The notes under the pieces: generated by a model
What the model was told of the DNA's origin: nothing
The model's database searches: none
Seen by the model: only the letters and a program-made list of their open reading frames with translations
Position numbers and translations under genes: made by a program
Source of the DNA: an uncultured Gammaproteobacteria bacterium
Lineage (GTDB): Bacteria; Patescibacteriota; Microgenomatia; UBA8517
Direction: 5' to 3'
DNA: 64,000 nt
NCBI GenBank assembly: GCA_964429215.1
Contig: CAYSAY010000001.1
Coordinates: 27,931 to 91,930, forward strand
Shown here: positions 7,788-17,931 of the stretch, one piece after another
Layout of the letters: every line of letters begins with the position of its first letter
How positions within the stretch are numbered: position 1 is the stretch's first letter

Positions 7788-9482
7788 ATGAACATGAAAA
7801 TATTAACAAATAAAATAAAATCACTTTTTCAAGATCAGCAGCACTCAGTACTTTCTGCAGCTACTTTAATTATGGTGATGATTGTCATATCAAGGCTGTT
7901 GGGTTTGGTTAGACAAAGAGTACTTGCTCATTTTTTTGAATCTAGTGACTTAAGTTTGTTTTTTGCTGCATTTAGATTACCTGATACTATTTTTGAAGTT
8001 TTGGTTTTTGGAACTTTTGCATCCGCGTTTATTCCTATATTTACCACAACACTTAAAAAATCAAAAGAAAATGCTTGGAAAGTTGCTGGAATTATTGCAA
8101 ATTGGGGTGGAGTAATTTTTATAGTTTTGGCTACTATTGTGGTTATATTTGCGCATCCTTTGTATAGAATAATAACTCCTGGGTTTAATTATTCTGATCA
8201 GGCAAAAATTGCCGATCTTGCAAGAATTCTTTTTGTGGCACAAGGGTTTTTTGTAATCTCGTATGTATTGACTGCAGTCCTTGAGTCATCCAAACGATTT
8301 TTTGTACCTGCTTTAGCACCACTTTTTTATAACCTTGGAATGATACTTTCTACGATACTATTTGCAGATAAGTTGGGACTTTATGCCCCTGTAATTGGTG
8401 TAGTAGTGGGATCGGCAATGCATTTTTTTATCCAATTGCCACTTGCCATTAAACTTGGGTTTAGATTTAGTAAGGCGTTTACTCTTACGCCTGAAGTAAA
8501 AAAAATAGCCAAATTATCACTTCCTCGCATTGCAGAGGTTTCTTTCTTGCAAGTTGCTAAATTTGTTGAGCTCACGTTAGCGAGCCTAATTTCTGTCCCT
8601 GCGTACACTTATTTTACCTTTGGAAACACAATTCAACTATTGCCGGTTGGGCTTTTTGGTACTTCAATTGCAAAAGCTGCTCTTCCTACACTTGCAAGAC
8701 AAGCTGACGACCTTCCTGCATTTAAGAAGACTTTGTTTGAAACGCTAAATCAAGTTATATTTTTAATGGCACCCATTGTTGCATTTTTGATGGTCGCAAG
8801 GGTTCCAGTTGTAAGACTTATTTTTGGAACTGATATCTTTACTTGGAATGCTACAGTTGAAACATCCCTTGTTGTGTCTGCCTTTGCTTTTGGAATATTT
8901 TCTCAATCAATTAATTCAATCCTAGCAAGGTCTTTTTACGCATTATCAGACACAAAAACTCCTGTAATTGTTTCGGTTTCTACATTAATTTTAAATATTG
9001 TTATGGACTATATATTAGTAATTGTATACAAGCTTCCAGTTTGGAGTTTGGCAGCTGCGTTTTCTGTTTCATGCATTATTCAATCCGTAATACTTTTTGT
9101 ACTAATAACAAATAGAATTCATGATGGTGCAAAGAAAAGTTTATACATCCCAGTTTTGAAAATGTTTTTTTCAGGTTTAGTTTCAGGGAGCACTATGTTT
9201 TTCATATTAAAGTTTTTTGATAAATCTGTTTGGCTTAAGAAAATATCCTTTATCTCAAACCTTGATTTGCCGTTTGAGAAGTTTGTATTAGACACTAGGT
9301 ATGCTGGAAATTTATTGATGTTGACTGCGATCGTAGGTTTAATAGGTGTTGTTGTTTATATAATAGTTTTAAAATTATTAAAATCAACAGAGCTTGATAC
9401 ATTCATAAATTTATTTAAAAGAATGCTTCGTGGTCAAAAGTTTTCTACCGTATCAAATACTGAACAAACATTGGAGAGTTAA
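7788..9482 (+). CDS. murJ: Lipid II flippase MurJ (MviN)
   Basis: 564 aa polytopic membrane protein. N-terminal SAATLIMVMIVISRLLGLVRQRVLAHFFESSD is the MurJ signature. Confidence 0.8.
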   Translation: MNMKILTNKIKSLFQDQQHSVLSAATLIMVMIVISRLLGLVRQRVLAHFFESSDLSLFFAAFRLPDTIFEVLVFGTFASAFIPIFTTTLKKSKENAWKVAGIIANWGGVIFIVLATIVVIFAHPLYRIITPGFNYSDQAKIADLARILFVAQGFFVISYVLTAVLESSKRFFVPALAPLFYNLGMILSTILFADKLGLYAPVIGVVVGSAMHFFIQLPLAIKLGFRFSKAFTLTPEVKKIAKLSLPRIAEVSFLQVAKFVELTLASLISVPAYTYFTFGNTIQLLPVGLFGTSIAKAALPTLARQADDLPAFKKTLFETLNQVIFLMAPIVAFLMVARVPVVRLIFGTDIFTWNATVETSLVVSAFAFGIFSQSINSILARSFYALSDTKTPVIVSVSTLILNIVMDYILVIVYKLPVWSLAAAFSVSCIIQSVILFVLITNRIHDGAKKSLYIPVLKMFFSGLVSGSTMFFILKFFDKSVWLKKISFISNLDLPFEKFVLDTRYAGNLLMLTAIVGLIGVVVYIIVLKLLKSTELDTFINLFKRMLRGQKFSTVSNTEQTLES

Positions 9483-9586
9483 CTCTAAGATTACAAATAA
9501 TGATTGGTTAGGAGGGATGGGGGTTGTAATTATATTTTTAGTTATTAAGAAAAGAAGAGTTTGAAGTATTAGTGTAAAATGAAAGT

Positions 9587-10417
9587 ATGGAAGTGAGTAA
9601 GATCGCAATCTTCAAAGGCAAAAAGGTAAGAAAAGTTATTTTTCAAAATGAGTGGTGGTTTTCTGTTGTTGATGTTGTTGAAGCTTTGACAGATAGCGTA
9701 GATCCGCGTGATTACTGGTTTAGAATGAAAGTCAGAGTTAAAAGTGATGATGGAATTGAGTTGTCGACAATTTGTCGACAACTGAAATTAGAATCGTCTG
9801 ATGGTAAAAAATATAATACGGACTGTGCAAATACTGAAAGTATTTTTAGGATTATCCAATCGATTCCTTCTCCAAAAGCAGAGCCTTTTAAGCGCTGGCT
9901 GGCTAAAGTTGGATATGAAAGGGTACAGGAGATTGAAGATCCTGAACTTGCCACAAAAAGAACAAGAGCTATTTATAAAGCAAAAGGTTATCCCGATTCT
10001 TGGATTGAAAAAAGAATGCGTGGTATTGAAATCCGAGAAACATTAACAGATGAATGGAAAAAGAGGCGGGTTGGAGGGGATTTAGAATACGCAATTCTAA
10101 CTGCTGAAATTTCAAAGGCTACTTTTGGAATGATCCCAAGTGAATATAAAAAGTTCAAAGGTTTAAAAAGAGAAAATCTTCGTGATCATATGAATGACCT
10201 AGAATTAATTTTTTCAATGCTTGGTGAGGCATCAACGACTGAAATTGCTAAAAATCAGAATTCTCAAGGATTTATAGAAAATAAAATCTCTGCACAAAAA
10301 GGTGGAACAGTCGCAGGTAATGCAAGAAAAGAACTCGAAAAAGAAAGTGGGGTAAAAGTTTCAACCAAAAAGAATTTTAAGTTATTGAAAAATAAAAATC
10401 TTCAAATTGATAGTTGA
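9587..10417 (+). CDS. BRO-N domain protein, DinD-like (DNA-damage-inducible protein D family)
   Basis: FQNEWWFSVVDVVEALT is a Bro-N motif. The C-terminal half resembles E. coli DinD (KGLKRENLRDHMNDLELIFSMLGE...). Confidence 0.55.
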   Translation: MEVSKIAIFKGKKVRKVIFQNEWWFSVVDVVEALTDSVDPRDYWFRMKVRVKSDDGIELSTICRQLKLESSDGKKYNTDCANTESIFRIIQSIPSPKAEPFKRWLAKVGYERVQEIEDPELATKRTRAIYKAKGYPDSWIEKRMRGIEIRETLTDEWKKRRVGGDLEYAILTAEISKATFGMIPSEYKKFKGLKRENLRDHMNDLELIFSMLGEASTTEIAKNQNSQGFIENKISAQKGGTVAGNARKELEKESGVKVSTKKNFKLLKNKNLQIDS

Positions 10418-10442
10418 CAACTGTTGGCACTCAATGTATATT
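10414..10442 (+). promoter_or_regulatory. Sigma70-like promoter (TTGACA-17-TATATT) for hrcA-grpE
   Basis: TTGACA at 10414-10419. Then a 17-nt spacer. Then TATATT at 10437-10442. Confidence 0.6.
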
Positions 10443-10450
10443 AGTGCTAA
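10424..10450 (+). promoter_or_regulatory. CIRCE operator (HrcA binding site)
   Basis: TTGGCACTC-N9-TAGTGCTAA has one mismatch to the consensus TTAGCACTC-N9-GAGTGCTAA. It overlaps the promoter. Confidence 0.8.
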
Positions 10451-10483
10451 CCTCGATTAAATCGGGGTAAATATCAATTTATT

Positions 10484-11206
10484 ATGAATGCATTAACATC
10501 GAGACAGACACAAATTTTAAAGGCACTTATCGATGAATATATTGAAACAGCCGAGCCTGTTGGTTCTGGTCCTCTTGAGAAGAAATATAATTTAGGAGTT
10601 TCCCCTGCAACTATTCGAAATGAAATGGCTAACTTAACTTTATTAGGATTTTTAAAACAGCCTCATACATCAGCTGGAAGAATTCCAACATCTGGTGCTA
10701 TGAAATTCTACGTTGATCAACTTATGGAAGAAAAACAGATGAGTTTAGCTGAGGAAGTTAAGGCTAAAGAAGAGGTTTGGGATGATAGAGGTAATTTTGA
10801 TAAATTTATAAATGAAATGACTCATTCGTTAGCAGACAGAACTGGCGGAATGGCAGTTACCGCAACTCAAGACGGTTCAGTCTGGCAAGCAGGACATGGA
10901 AATTTATTTAGTTACCCAGAATTTGCAAATATAGGAATTTGCTCTTCTTTATTTGGATTCATGGATGAGGATGAACAACTAATGGATTTATTTTTTAATA
11001 GGTTTCCAATAGAGACTGCATTTGATGTACTATTTACTGAAGATTTAGGATTTAGGAATATGCCTGTGGGAATAGTTGCAGCTCATTTTAATGTGAAGGG
11101 TAGAAATGGTGCACTTGGGGTGATTGGTCCTGTTAGACAGTCTTATGCAAGCTTGGTTCCAGTGATCAGATACTATAGAGGAATGCTTGAAGATGTAATG
11201 CAATAA
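10484..11206 (+). CDS. hrcA: Heat-inducible transcription repressor HrcA
   Basis: The N-terminus RQTQILKALIDEYIETAEPVGSGPL is the HrcA winged HTH. A CIRCE element lies upstream. Confidence 0.85.
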   Translation: MNALTSRQTQILKALIDEYIETAEPVGSGPLEKKYNLGVSPATIRNEMANLTLLGFLKQPHTSAGRIPTSGAMKFYVDQLMEEKQMSLAEEVKAKEEVWDDRGNFDKFINEMTHSLADRTGGMAVTATQDGSVWQAGHGNLFSYPEFANIGICSSLFGFMDEDEQLMDLFFNRFPIETAFDVLFTEDLGFRNMPVGIVAAHFNVKGRNGALGVIGPVRQSYASLVPVIRYYRGMLEDVMQ

Positions 11207-11223
11207 TTTTAAAATAAATTAAT

Positions 11224-11721
11224 ATGAAAAAAATAATAAATAATAAAAAACAGGATATAGAAAAAAATAGTGAAGAGCTTGATGCAATGAAAAATCAGCT
11301 TGCAAGAGCCATGGCAGATTATGCCAATTTGCAAAAAAGAACAGATGAAGAAAGAGGAACAATGTATAAACTTGCTAGTATTTCTTTTATGACGAAAATT
11401 CTCCCAATAATTGATAACTTGAAACAGGCTCAGAACCATGTTAATGATTCTGGAATAGCAATAATTATTGGACAACTTGAAACTTTAGCAAAAGAAGAAG
11501 GCTTTGAAGAAATTAAGATTCAGGTTGGTGAAAAATTTAATGAACTAATAATGGAAGTTACAGAAGTTGTTGAAACTGATAACGAAAAAGACGATAATAA
11601 TGTGTCAGAAGTAGTATTATCTGGTTGGAAGTATAATGACCCGCCTAGACTCGGCGAGGCTGGTGGTACAGTTGTTAGACATTCAAGAGTAAAGGTGTGC
11701 AAACTTAAAAAAGCCTCTTGA
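11224..11721 (+). CDS. grpE: Nucleotide exchange factor GrpE
   Basis: 165 aa. It has a coiled-coil N-terminus and a GrpE-like C-terminus, and sits between hrcA and dnaK. Confidence 0.75.
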   Translation: MKKIINNKKQDIEKNSEELDAMKNQLARAMADYANLQKRTDEERGTMYKLASISFMTKILPIIDNLKQAQNHVNDSGIAIIIGQLETLAKEEGFEEIKIQVGEKFNELIMEVTEVVETDNEKDDNNVSEVVLSGWKYNDPPRLGEAGGTVVRHSRVKVCKLKKAS

Positions 11722-11746
11722 CAACGTCTTAGCACTCGTTGTATAT
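11717..11746 (+). promoter_or_regulatory. Sigma70-like promoter for dnaK-dnaJ
   Basis: TTGACA at 11717-11722 and TATATT at 11741-11746. About 50 bp are near-identical to the hrcA promoter. Confidence 0.6.
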
Positions 11747-11754
11747 TAGTGCTA
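11728..11754 (+). promoter_or_regulatory. CIRCE operator
   Basis: TTAGCACTC-GTTGTATAT-TAGTGCTAA. Confidence 0.85.
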
Positions 11755-11791
11755 ACTTCGATTTAATCGGAGCTAATATAAATTAAATAAT

Positions 11792-13711
11792 ATGTCAAAA
11801 ATAATAGGAATAGATTTAGGAACAACAAATAGCTGCGTAGCTGTAATGGAAGGTGGAAAACCTAAAGTTATTAGTGCTTCTGATACTGGAAAAAATACAA
11901 CCCCATCAGTAATTGAAATTATTAAAAATTTAGTTGGAGACGTTGCAAAACGCCAAATGGTTTTAAATTCAGAAAATACTATTGCTTCAGTTAAAAGGCT
12001 GATGGGAAGAAGATTTGAAGACAGTGAAGTAACAAGAACCGGAAAAATGGTTTCCTACAAAATTGTTTCAGGTAAAGGTGGTATGGCAGATGTTGAAATC
12101 AATGGAAAAACATATACTCCACAGGAAATTTCTGCAAGAGTTTTAATGAAACTTAAGAAAGATGCAGAAAAATATCTAGGAGAAACAGTAGATAGCGCAG
12201 TAATTACCGTTCCTGCATATTTTGATGATTCGCAAAGACAAGCAACAAAGCAAGCTGGTGAAATTGCAGGACTAAAGGTTGAAAGAATTATTAATGAACC
12301 AACTGCAGCAGCACTTGCTTACGGACTGGACAAGAAAAAGGCTGAAAAAATTGCAGTTTATGACCTTGGTGGTGGTACTTTTGACATTTCTATTTTGGAA
12401 TTAGGAGATGGTGTGTTTGAGGTAAAATCTACAAACGGTGATACACACTTAGGTGGAGATGATTTTGATGAAAAGATAGTCGATTATATTGCTGAAGAAT
12501 TTAAGAAAGAAAATTCAATGGATTTAAGGCTTGATAAACAGGCATTACAAAGAGTAAGAGATGCTGCAGAAAAGGCAAAAATTGAATTAACAGCATCTGA
12601 AGAAGTTGAAATTAATCAACCATATATAACTCAAAAGGATGGTCAGCCACTTCATTTGACAATGAAACTTACTAGATCAAAGTTTGAAGGAATTGTTGAG
12701 GATCTAATTGCAAAAACAATTAAACCAGTTGAGGCTGCACTTAAAGACGCAGGGCTTAAAGCATCTGATATAAATGAGGTCATTATGGTTGGTGGAATGA
12801 CTAGAATGCCAAAAGTTGTTGAAGAAGTTAAAAAATTCTTTGGTAAAGAACCAAATAAATCAGTTAATCCTGATGAAGTTGTGGCAATTGGTGCTGCTAT
12901 TCAAGCTGGAGTACTTGCAGGGGATGTAAAAGATATATTGCTTCTTGATGTTACCCCATTAACTCTGGCAATTGAAACAATGGGTGGAGTAGCAACACCA
13001 ATGATTCCAAGAAATACAACTGTTCCAACATCAAAAACTGAAGTATTTTCAACTGCTGCTGATAATCAAACACAAGTTGAAATTCATATCACTCAAGGTG
13101 AAAGACCACTTTCAAACGACAATAAAGCACTTGGAAGATTTACGCTTGATGGTATTCCACCAGCTCCAAGAGGAGTTCCACAAGTTGAAGTTGCTTTTGA
13201 TTTGGATGCAAATGGAATCTTAACTGTTACGGCAAAGGATAAAGCTACAGGAAAAACACAAAATATTAAAATTACTGGTTCTGTTGGATTAACTGATGAA
13301 GAAGTTAAAAAAGCTCAAGAAGATGCAGAAAAGAATAAAGCAGAGGATGAGAAGAAAGCAGAACAAATTAAAGCTAAAAATAGTGCAGATGCAATGATTA
13401 CAACTGCTGAAAAATCTATTAAGGATGCAGGAGAAAAAGCTCCAAAGGAAACAGTTGAAAAAGTACAGGAAAAAATTAAAAATCTCAAAGATATTTTAGA
13501 GACTGGTACAAAAGAGGATCTAGAGGCAAAAACAAAAGAACTTTCAGAAACACTATCTGAAGTAGGACAGGCAATGTATGCAAATCAAACACCTCCAGCA
13601 GGTGAAACAGCACCAGAATCATCCTCCGCTGAAGCTACGGATGAAAAGGAAAAGAAATCATCAAAGAAAACTGATGGTCCTGTTGAAGAGGGACAAGTAG
13701 TAAGCGAATAG
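11792..13711 (+). CDS. dnaK: Chaperone DnaK (Hsp70)
   Basis: N-terminus [19 protein letters not shown], then DLGGGTFD, then a C-terminal EEVK-rich lid. Confidence 0.95.
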   Translation: MSKIIGIDLGTTNSCVAVMEGGKPKVISASDTGKNTTPSVIEIIKNLVGDVAKRQMVLNSENTIASVKRLMGRRFEDSEVTRTGKMVSYKIVSGKGGMADVEINGKTYTPQEISARVLMKLKKDAEKYLGETVDSAVITVPAYFDDSQRQATKQAGEIAGLKVERIINEPTAAALAYGLDKKKAEKIAVYDLGGGTFDISILELGDGVFEVKSTNGDTHLGGDDFDEKIVDYIAEEFKKENSMDLRLDKQALQRVRDAAEKAKIELTASEEVEINQPYITQKDGQPLHLTMKLTRSKFEGIVEDLIAKTIKPVEAALKDAGLKASDINEVIMVGGMTRMPKVVEEVKKFFGKEPNKSVNPDEVVAIGAAIQAGVLAGDVKDILLLDVTPLTLAIETMGGVATPMIPRNTTVPTSKTEVFSTAADNQTQVEIHITQGERPLSNDNKALGRFTLDGIPPAPRGVPQVEVAFDLDANGILTVTAKDKATGKTQNIKITGSVGLTDEEVKKAQEDAEKNKAEDEKKAEQIKAKNSADAMITTAEKSIKDAGEKAPKETVEKVQEKIKNLKDILETGTKEDLEAKTKELSETLSEVGQAMYANQTPPAGETAPESSSAEATDEKEKKSSKKTDGPVEEGQVVSE

Positions 13712-13744
13712 CTTGCCAAAATAAAAATGGTAGAATAACTTCAT

Positions 13745-14632
13745 ATGTCCTCAAAAAATGATTATTATGATTTACTAGGAGTAACTAAATCTTCGTCTGC
13801 TCAGGAAATTAAAAATGCTTACCGTAAAAAAGCACTTGAGTGGCATCCAGATAGACATCAGGGTGGAGATAAAGAAGAGGCTGAGCGTAAATTTAAAGAA
13901 ATAAACGAAGCATATCAAATTCTTTCTGACCCATCTAAAAAAGGTGCATATGATAATTATGGTCATGATGCGTTTGCTCCAGGAGGAGCAGGTGCCAGAG
14001 GTGGAGGAAATCCATTTGCAGGAGGAGGACAGGGAAGTCCATTTTCATATACTTGGTCTTCTGCTGGAGGGCAAAATCCATTTGGTAATGCAGATTTTGG
14101 AGATCCGTTTGATATTTTTGAATCTTTTTTTGGAGGTGGAGGAAATCCATTTGGTGGACAAAGACAAAGACAGATTCCAAGGTATTCTATAAAACTTGAT
14201 TTTATGGATGCAGTTAAAGGTGTTGAAAAAGAATTTGTAATAGAAGGAAAAAAGAGAAAAATTAAAATTCCTGCAGGAGTAGATGAAGGTACAAAAATTA
14301 ATTTTGGTGATTTTACTTTATCAGTAAATGTAGGTACTCATGAATTTTTTGAAAGAGATAACGACGATATTTATATAAATGTAACTATTCCATACACAAT
14401 GGCAGTACTCGGTGGAACTATTAAAGTACCAACAATCACAGATGAGGTTAAAATTAAAATAAGGGAGGGAACTGGATCAGGAACAATGATACGTCTTCGT
14501 GGGAAGGGAGCTCCTAATCCACATCATAAAACTAAAGGGGACCAATATGTAAAATTAAATATTCTGGTTCCTGAAAAATTGACAAGGACTCAAAAAAGAA
14601 TAATTGATGATTTGAAGGAAGAAGGGCTTTAG
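13745..14632 (+). CDS. dnaJ: J-domain co-chaperone (DnaJ/CbpA-like, no zinc-finger domain)
   Basis: DYYDLLGV...HPDR is a J domain. It is followed by a G/F-rich region and a C-terminal substrate-binding domain. There are no CxxCxGxG repeats. Confidence 0.8.
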   Translation: MSSKNDYYDLLGVTKSSSAQEIKNAYRKKALEWHPDRHQGGDKEEAERKFKEINEAYQILSDPSKKGAYDNYGHDAFAPGGAGARGGGNPFAGGGQGSPFSYTWSSAGGQNPFGNADFGDPFDIFESFFGGGGNPFGGQRQRQIPRYSIKLDFMDAVKGVEKEFVIEGKKRKIKIPAGVDEGTKINFGDFTLSVNVGTHEFFERDNDDIYINVTIPYTMAVLGGTIKVPTITDEVKIKIREGTGSGTMIRLRGKGAPNPHHKTKGDQYVKLNILVPEKLTRTQKRIIDDLKEEGL

Positions 14633-14675
14633 TTAGCCATTGACTTGTTTCTAAACTGTAATTAGAATTTGATAT

Positions 14676-15233
14676 ATGGAACCTACAACTCAAGTTACAC
14701 CTAATCCAACTCCAGTTGTACCTGTTTCGCCTGTTACGCCTGCAGTTACATCAATACCTGTGTCTAATCCTGTGCAGGAAGTTCAATATGCAACTACTGG
14801 ATCAAGAATATTGGCAAGTATTATAGATGGTGTAGTTATTGCAATTCCTACATTTATAATTAGTTTTATTATTGGGTTTATAACTTCTGCTGTCAGTGTA
14901 AATAGTGCCGATACTACATTAGCAACTATGATTAGTTTTATAACTAATTTAATTGTCTATGTGCTAACTCAAATATATTATGTTTACTTTATTGGATCAA
15001 AAGGTCAAACAGTCGGTAAGATGGCAATGAAAATTAAAGTTGTAAAAGAAGATGATAATTCAGTACCAGGTTATGGATCAGCATTTTTAAGAGAAGTAAT
15101 AGGAAAGTTGCTTTCATCAATAGTTTTCTCACTTGGGTATTTCTGGATGATATGGGATGTAAAGAAGCAAGGTTGGCATGACAAGATAGCTCATACAATT
15201 GTAGTTAAAGTTCAAACTTCAGATTTGAAGTAA
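14676..15233 (+). CDS. RDD family membrane protein
   Basis: GQTVGKMAMKIKVV ... GWHDKIAHTIVV, typical of RDD proteins. Confidence 0.6.
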   Translation: MEPTTQVTPNPTPVVPVSPVTPAVTSIPVSNPVQEVQYATTGSRILASIIDGVVIAIPTFIISFIIGFITSAVSVNSADTTLATMISFITNLIVYVLTQIYYVYFIGSKGQTVGKMAMKIKVVKEDDNSVPGYGSAFLREVIGKLLSSIVFSLGYFWMIWDVKKQGWHDKIAHTIVVKVQTSDLK

Positions 15234-15235
15234 AC

Positions 15236-16258
15236 ATGAAAAATATCGATTACTCAAAAATAATAAGTCGTTCTTGGTATGTAACTTGGAAAAATAAATG
15301 GTTATGGGTTTTAGGATTAGTATTGGCTATGTTTGGTGCCGGTGGTGGGGGTGGCGGAGGCGGAGGTAGTAGTAGCGGAAGTTCAACAAATTTTAGTGAT
15401 AGTCCTTCGGGGTCACCACTTCCAAATGATCTAAAAGAAAAAACCAGTTATGTTTTAGGAACTGCTACTAATTATCTTCAAGATTGGTTTTTAAATGTTC
15501 CGGTTCAAAATTGGATTGTTTTAGGTTTGATTGTTTTGCTATTAGCTATTTTTGCAACAGTAGTAGTTTGGGTAGTAACAAATTGGGCAAAGGGAGCATT
15601 AATTATGGGTTTTGAGGATGCTAATAATGACAAACAGGTAACTTTAAAGTCAGTTTCACCTTATGGACTTAAAAATGTAAAAAAGTTAATTATTTTTGGG
15701 TTACTATCAACATCAATTTCACTCTCTGTTATTTTTTGTATTGCCTTAGTTATTGGGATTTCTTATCTTATTTATTTAGTATTTCAAACACTTGGAATAG
15801 TATTATTAGTTTTGATGGGAGTGTTAGGAGTTTTGTTGTTTATTTTTATGGTTATGATATTTACGATGGTTTCTATTTACGCTGAGCGTTTAATTGTTAT
15901 TAAAAACATGGAACCTTGGAATGCATGGAAACAAGCATTTAAGCTAAGCAAAGGCAATTTTTTTCCAACTTTAGTAATGGGTATAATAAATACTGTAATT
16001 GGTACGACTGTTGGGTGTTTGGGTATTGTGGTACTTTTAATTGTCTTTTCAATTCCTGGGTTTATATTAATTTACCCAATTTTTAAGAATGGATTTGTCA
16101 TACCAACTGTTCCACAAATAATTATGATAATTATTTTCTTTATGTTATTTTTCTCTATAAACTTAATGATTAAGTCAATATTTGTAGTATTTAATTATGG
16201 AAATTGGAATTTATTTTTTAAACAAATTATTGATAATGAAAATATAAAAAATGAATAA
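15236..16258 (+). CDS. Polytopic membrane protein with a Gly/Ser-rich loop (hypothetical)
   Basis: Six or more TM helices and a GGGGGGGGGSSSGSS loop. Flanked by two RDD genes. Confidence 0.35.
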   Translation: MKNIDYSKIISRSWYVTWKNKWLWVLGLVLAMFGAGGGGGGGGGSSSGSSTNFSDSPSGSPLPNDLKEKTSYVLGTATNYLQDWFLNVPVQNWIVLGLIVLLLAIFATVVVWVVTNWAKGALIMGFEDANNDKQVTLKSVSPYGLKNVKKLIIFGLLSTSISLSVIFCIALVIGISYLIYLVFQTLGIVLLVLMGVLGVLLFIFMVMIFTMVSIYAERLIVIKNMEPWNAWKQAFKLSKGNFFPTLVMGIINTVIGTTVGCLGIVVLLIVFSIPGFILIYPIFKNGFVIPTVPQIIMIIIFFMLFFSINLMIKSIFVVFNYGNWNLFFKQIIDNENIKNE

Positions 16259-16841
16259 TATTGCAAAACCAATTTTTAGAATACTAGCAGGACTAATAGA
16301 TTTTTCTATTGTTTTGTTTATGTATGTTTATGTAATTTTTTGGTTTTCTACAGGTAGCAATATTGAAGTAATACTTGATCAATTATTAATAGCTGTAATT
16401 GTTTTTTTACTGTTTGGGTTGTTATATCCATTTATTAAGTCGTTTTTGATATCTACATTTGGGGGAACAATTGGAAAATTGTTGACTGGTACAAAAATTA
16501 TAAAAGATGGTAAGAATTTAAGTTTTTGGCGAGCATTTTTGCGAAATCATATTGGTTATATGATTTCCGGTGTGTTTTTATACCTTGGTTTTATTTGGAT
16601 ATTTATAGATAAAGAGAGAAAAGGTTGGCATGATATGGTTGCTGATACGTTAGTTGTTATTACAAATAAATCTACTTATATTATCGGAATTATATTTTTG
16701 ATATTTATTACTTTTATTAATGTTGTTATGGTGAGACTCAGTATTGGTAACTTTTATAATAATTCTTCAGTTTATACAGAATTTACTAATTTGATTACTG
16801 ATTTACAAAAAGAATCAGTTAACGAGATTAATTTAGATTGA
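16251..16841 (+). CDS. RDD family membrane protein
   Basis: GGTIGKLLTGTKIIKDG ... GWHDMVADTLVV. Confidence 0.6.
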   Translation: MNNIAKPIFRILAGLIDFSIVLFMYVYVIFWFSTGSNIEVILDQLLIAVIVFLLFGLLYPFIKSFLISTFGGTIGKLLTGTKIIKDGKNLSFWRAFLRNHIGYMISGVFLYLGFIWIFIDKERKGWHDMVADTLVVITNKSTYIIGIIFLIFITFINVVMVRLSIGNFYNNSSVYTEFTNLITDLQKESVNEINLD

Positions 16842-16875
16842 TTAAAATCCTCTAATGCTGTAAACTTCACAAGAT

Positions 16876-17904
16876 ATGGCACAAAATAATCAACCAAGAA
16901 CTGAATTTAATCAGGCTCTAAAGGCAATTGCATCTGAGCGTGGACTTGACGCATCAGTAATTATTGATGCTATAAAACAAGCAATAATTGCAGCTTTTAG
17001 GAGAGATGCGAAAGAAAATGGTACTGAATATCCTGAAGAAGCAGTATTTGATGCAGAAATTAATTCACTTGATGGTGGAGCAAAAATAATTCTTGATGGA
17101 AAAGATGTTACGCCTCCTGGATTCGGTAGAATTGCGGCTCAAACTGCAAAGCAGGTAATTCATCAAAAAATAAGAGAAGCTGAAAGGGGAGTTATTATGG
17201 ATGAATTTGAAGGTAAAATTGGATCATTAGTTTCTGGAATAGTACTACGATTTGATGGCCCTAACGTCAGGGTTGATATGGGTAAAACTGAAGGGTTTAT
17301 GCCAGTTGAAGAAAGAACTCCAACAGAACGATTGTCACAAGGACAAAGACTTACATTCTTACTTAAAGATATTAGAGAAACTATTAAGGGCAAAGAAATT
17401 ATATTGTCTCGTGCAGATCCACAATTTGTTGTGAAACTTTTTGCAAGAGAAGTTCCAGAAATAAGTTCAAAGTCTGTAGAAATTAAATTAATATCAAGGG
17501 AAGCTGGGGTTAGAACAAAAATTGCAGTATTCTCAGGCCAAACTGGGGTTGATCCTGTTGGAAGCTGTGTAGGTCAAAAAGGTGTTCGTGTTCAAGCTGT
17601 TACAAATGAATTAGGTGGAGAAAGAGTTGACGTAATACCTTATAACGAAGACTTTGCAGAACTTATAAAGCTTGCATTGGCTCCAGCTGACAACTTAACT
17701 GTAAAAGTTAGCAAGAAAACAATGGAGGCAACAGTTACTGCTCCTGAGGATCAATTGTCTTTAGCTATTGGTAAAGAAGGTCAGAATGTAAGACTTGCAA
17801 GCAAACTTACAGGATATAAGATTGAAATACAAGGAATGGTTGTTACACCTGATGAAAAGATTGAAAAGAAGGAAGTAGTTACTGAAGATACACCACAGTC
17901 ATGA
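16876..17904 (+). CDS. nusA: Transcription termination/antitermination factor NusA
   Basis: N-terminal NusA domain, S1 and two KH domains (ALAPADNLTV, IGKEGQNVRLASKLTGYKIEI). Confidence 0.9.
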   Translation: MAQNNQPRTEFNQALKAIASERGLDASVIIDAIKQAIIAAFRRDAKENGTEYPEEAVFDAEINSLDGGAKIILDGKDVTPPGFGRIAAQTAKQVIHQKIREAERGVIMDEFEGKIGSLVSGIVLRFDGPNVRVDMGKTEGFMPVEERTPTERLSQGQRLTFLLKDIRETIKGKEIILSRADPQFVVKLFAREVPEISSKSVEIKLISREAGVRTKIAVFSGQTGVDPVGSCVGQKGVRVQAVTNELGGERVDVIPYNEDFAELIKLALAPADNLTVKVSKKTMEATVTAPEDQLSLAIGKEGQNVRLASKLTGYKIEIQGMVVTPDEKIEKKEVVTEDTPQS

Positions 17905-17931
17905 CAAACCAAAGTATCTTAAAAAATATAT

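Noticed and set aside
9483-10417. Prophage or mobile element around the BRO-N gene
   Set aside because: There is no integrase, transposase, terminase, capsid gene or flanking direct repeat, and the neighbouring genes are core housekeeping.
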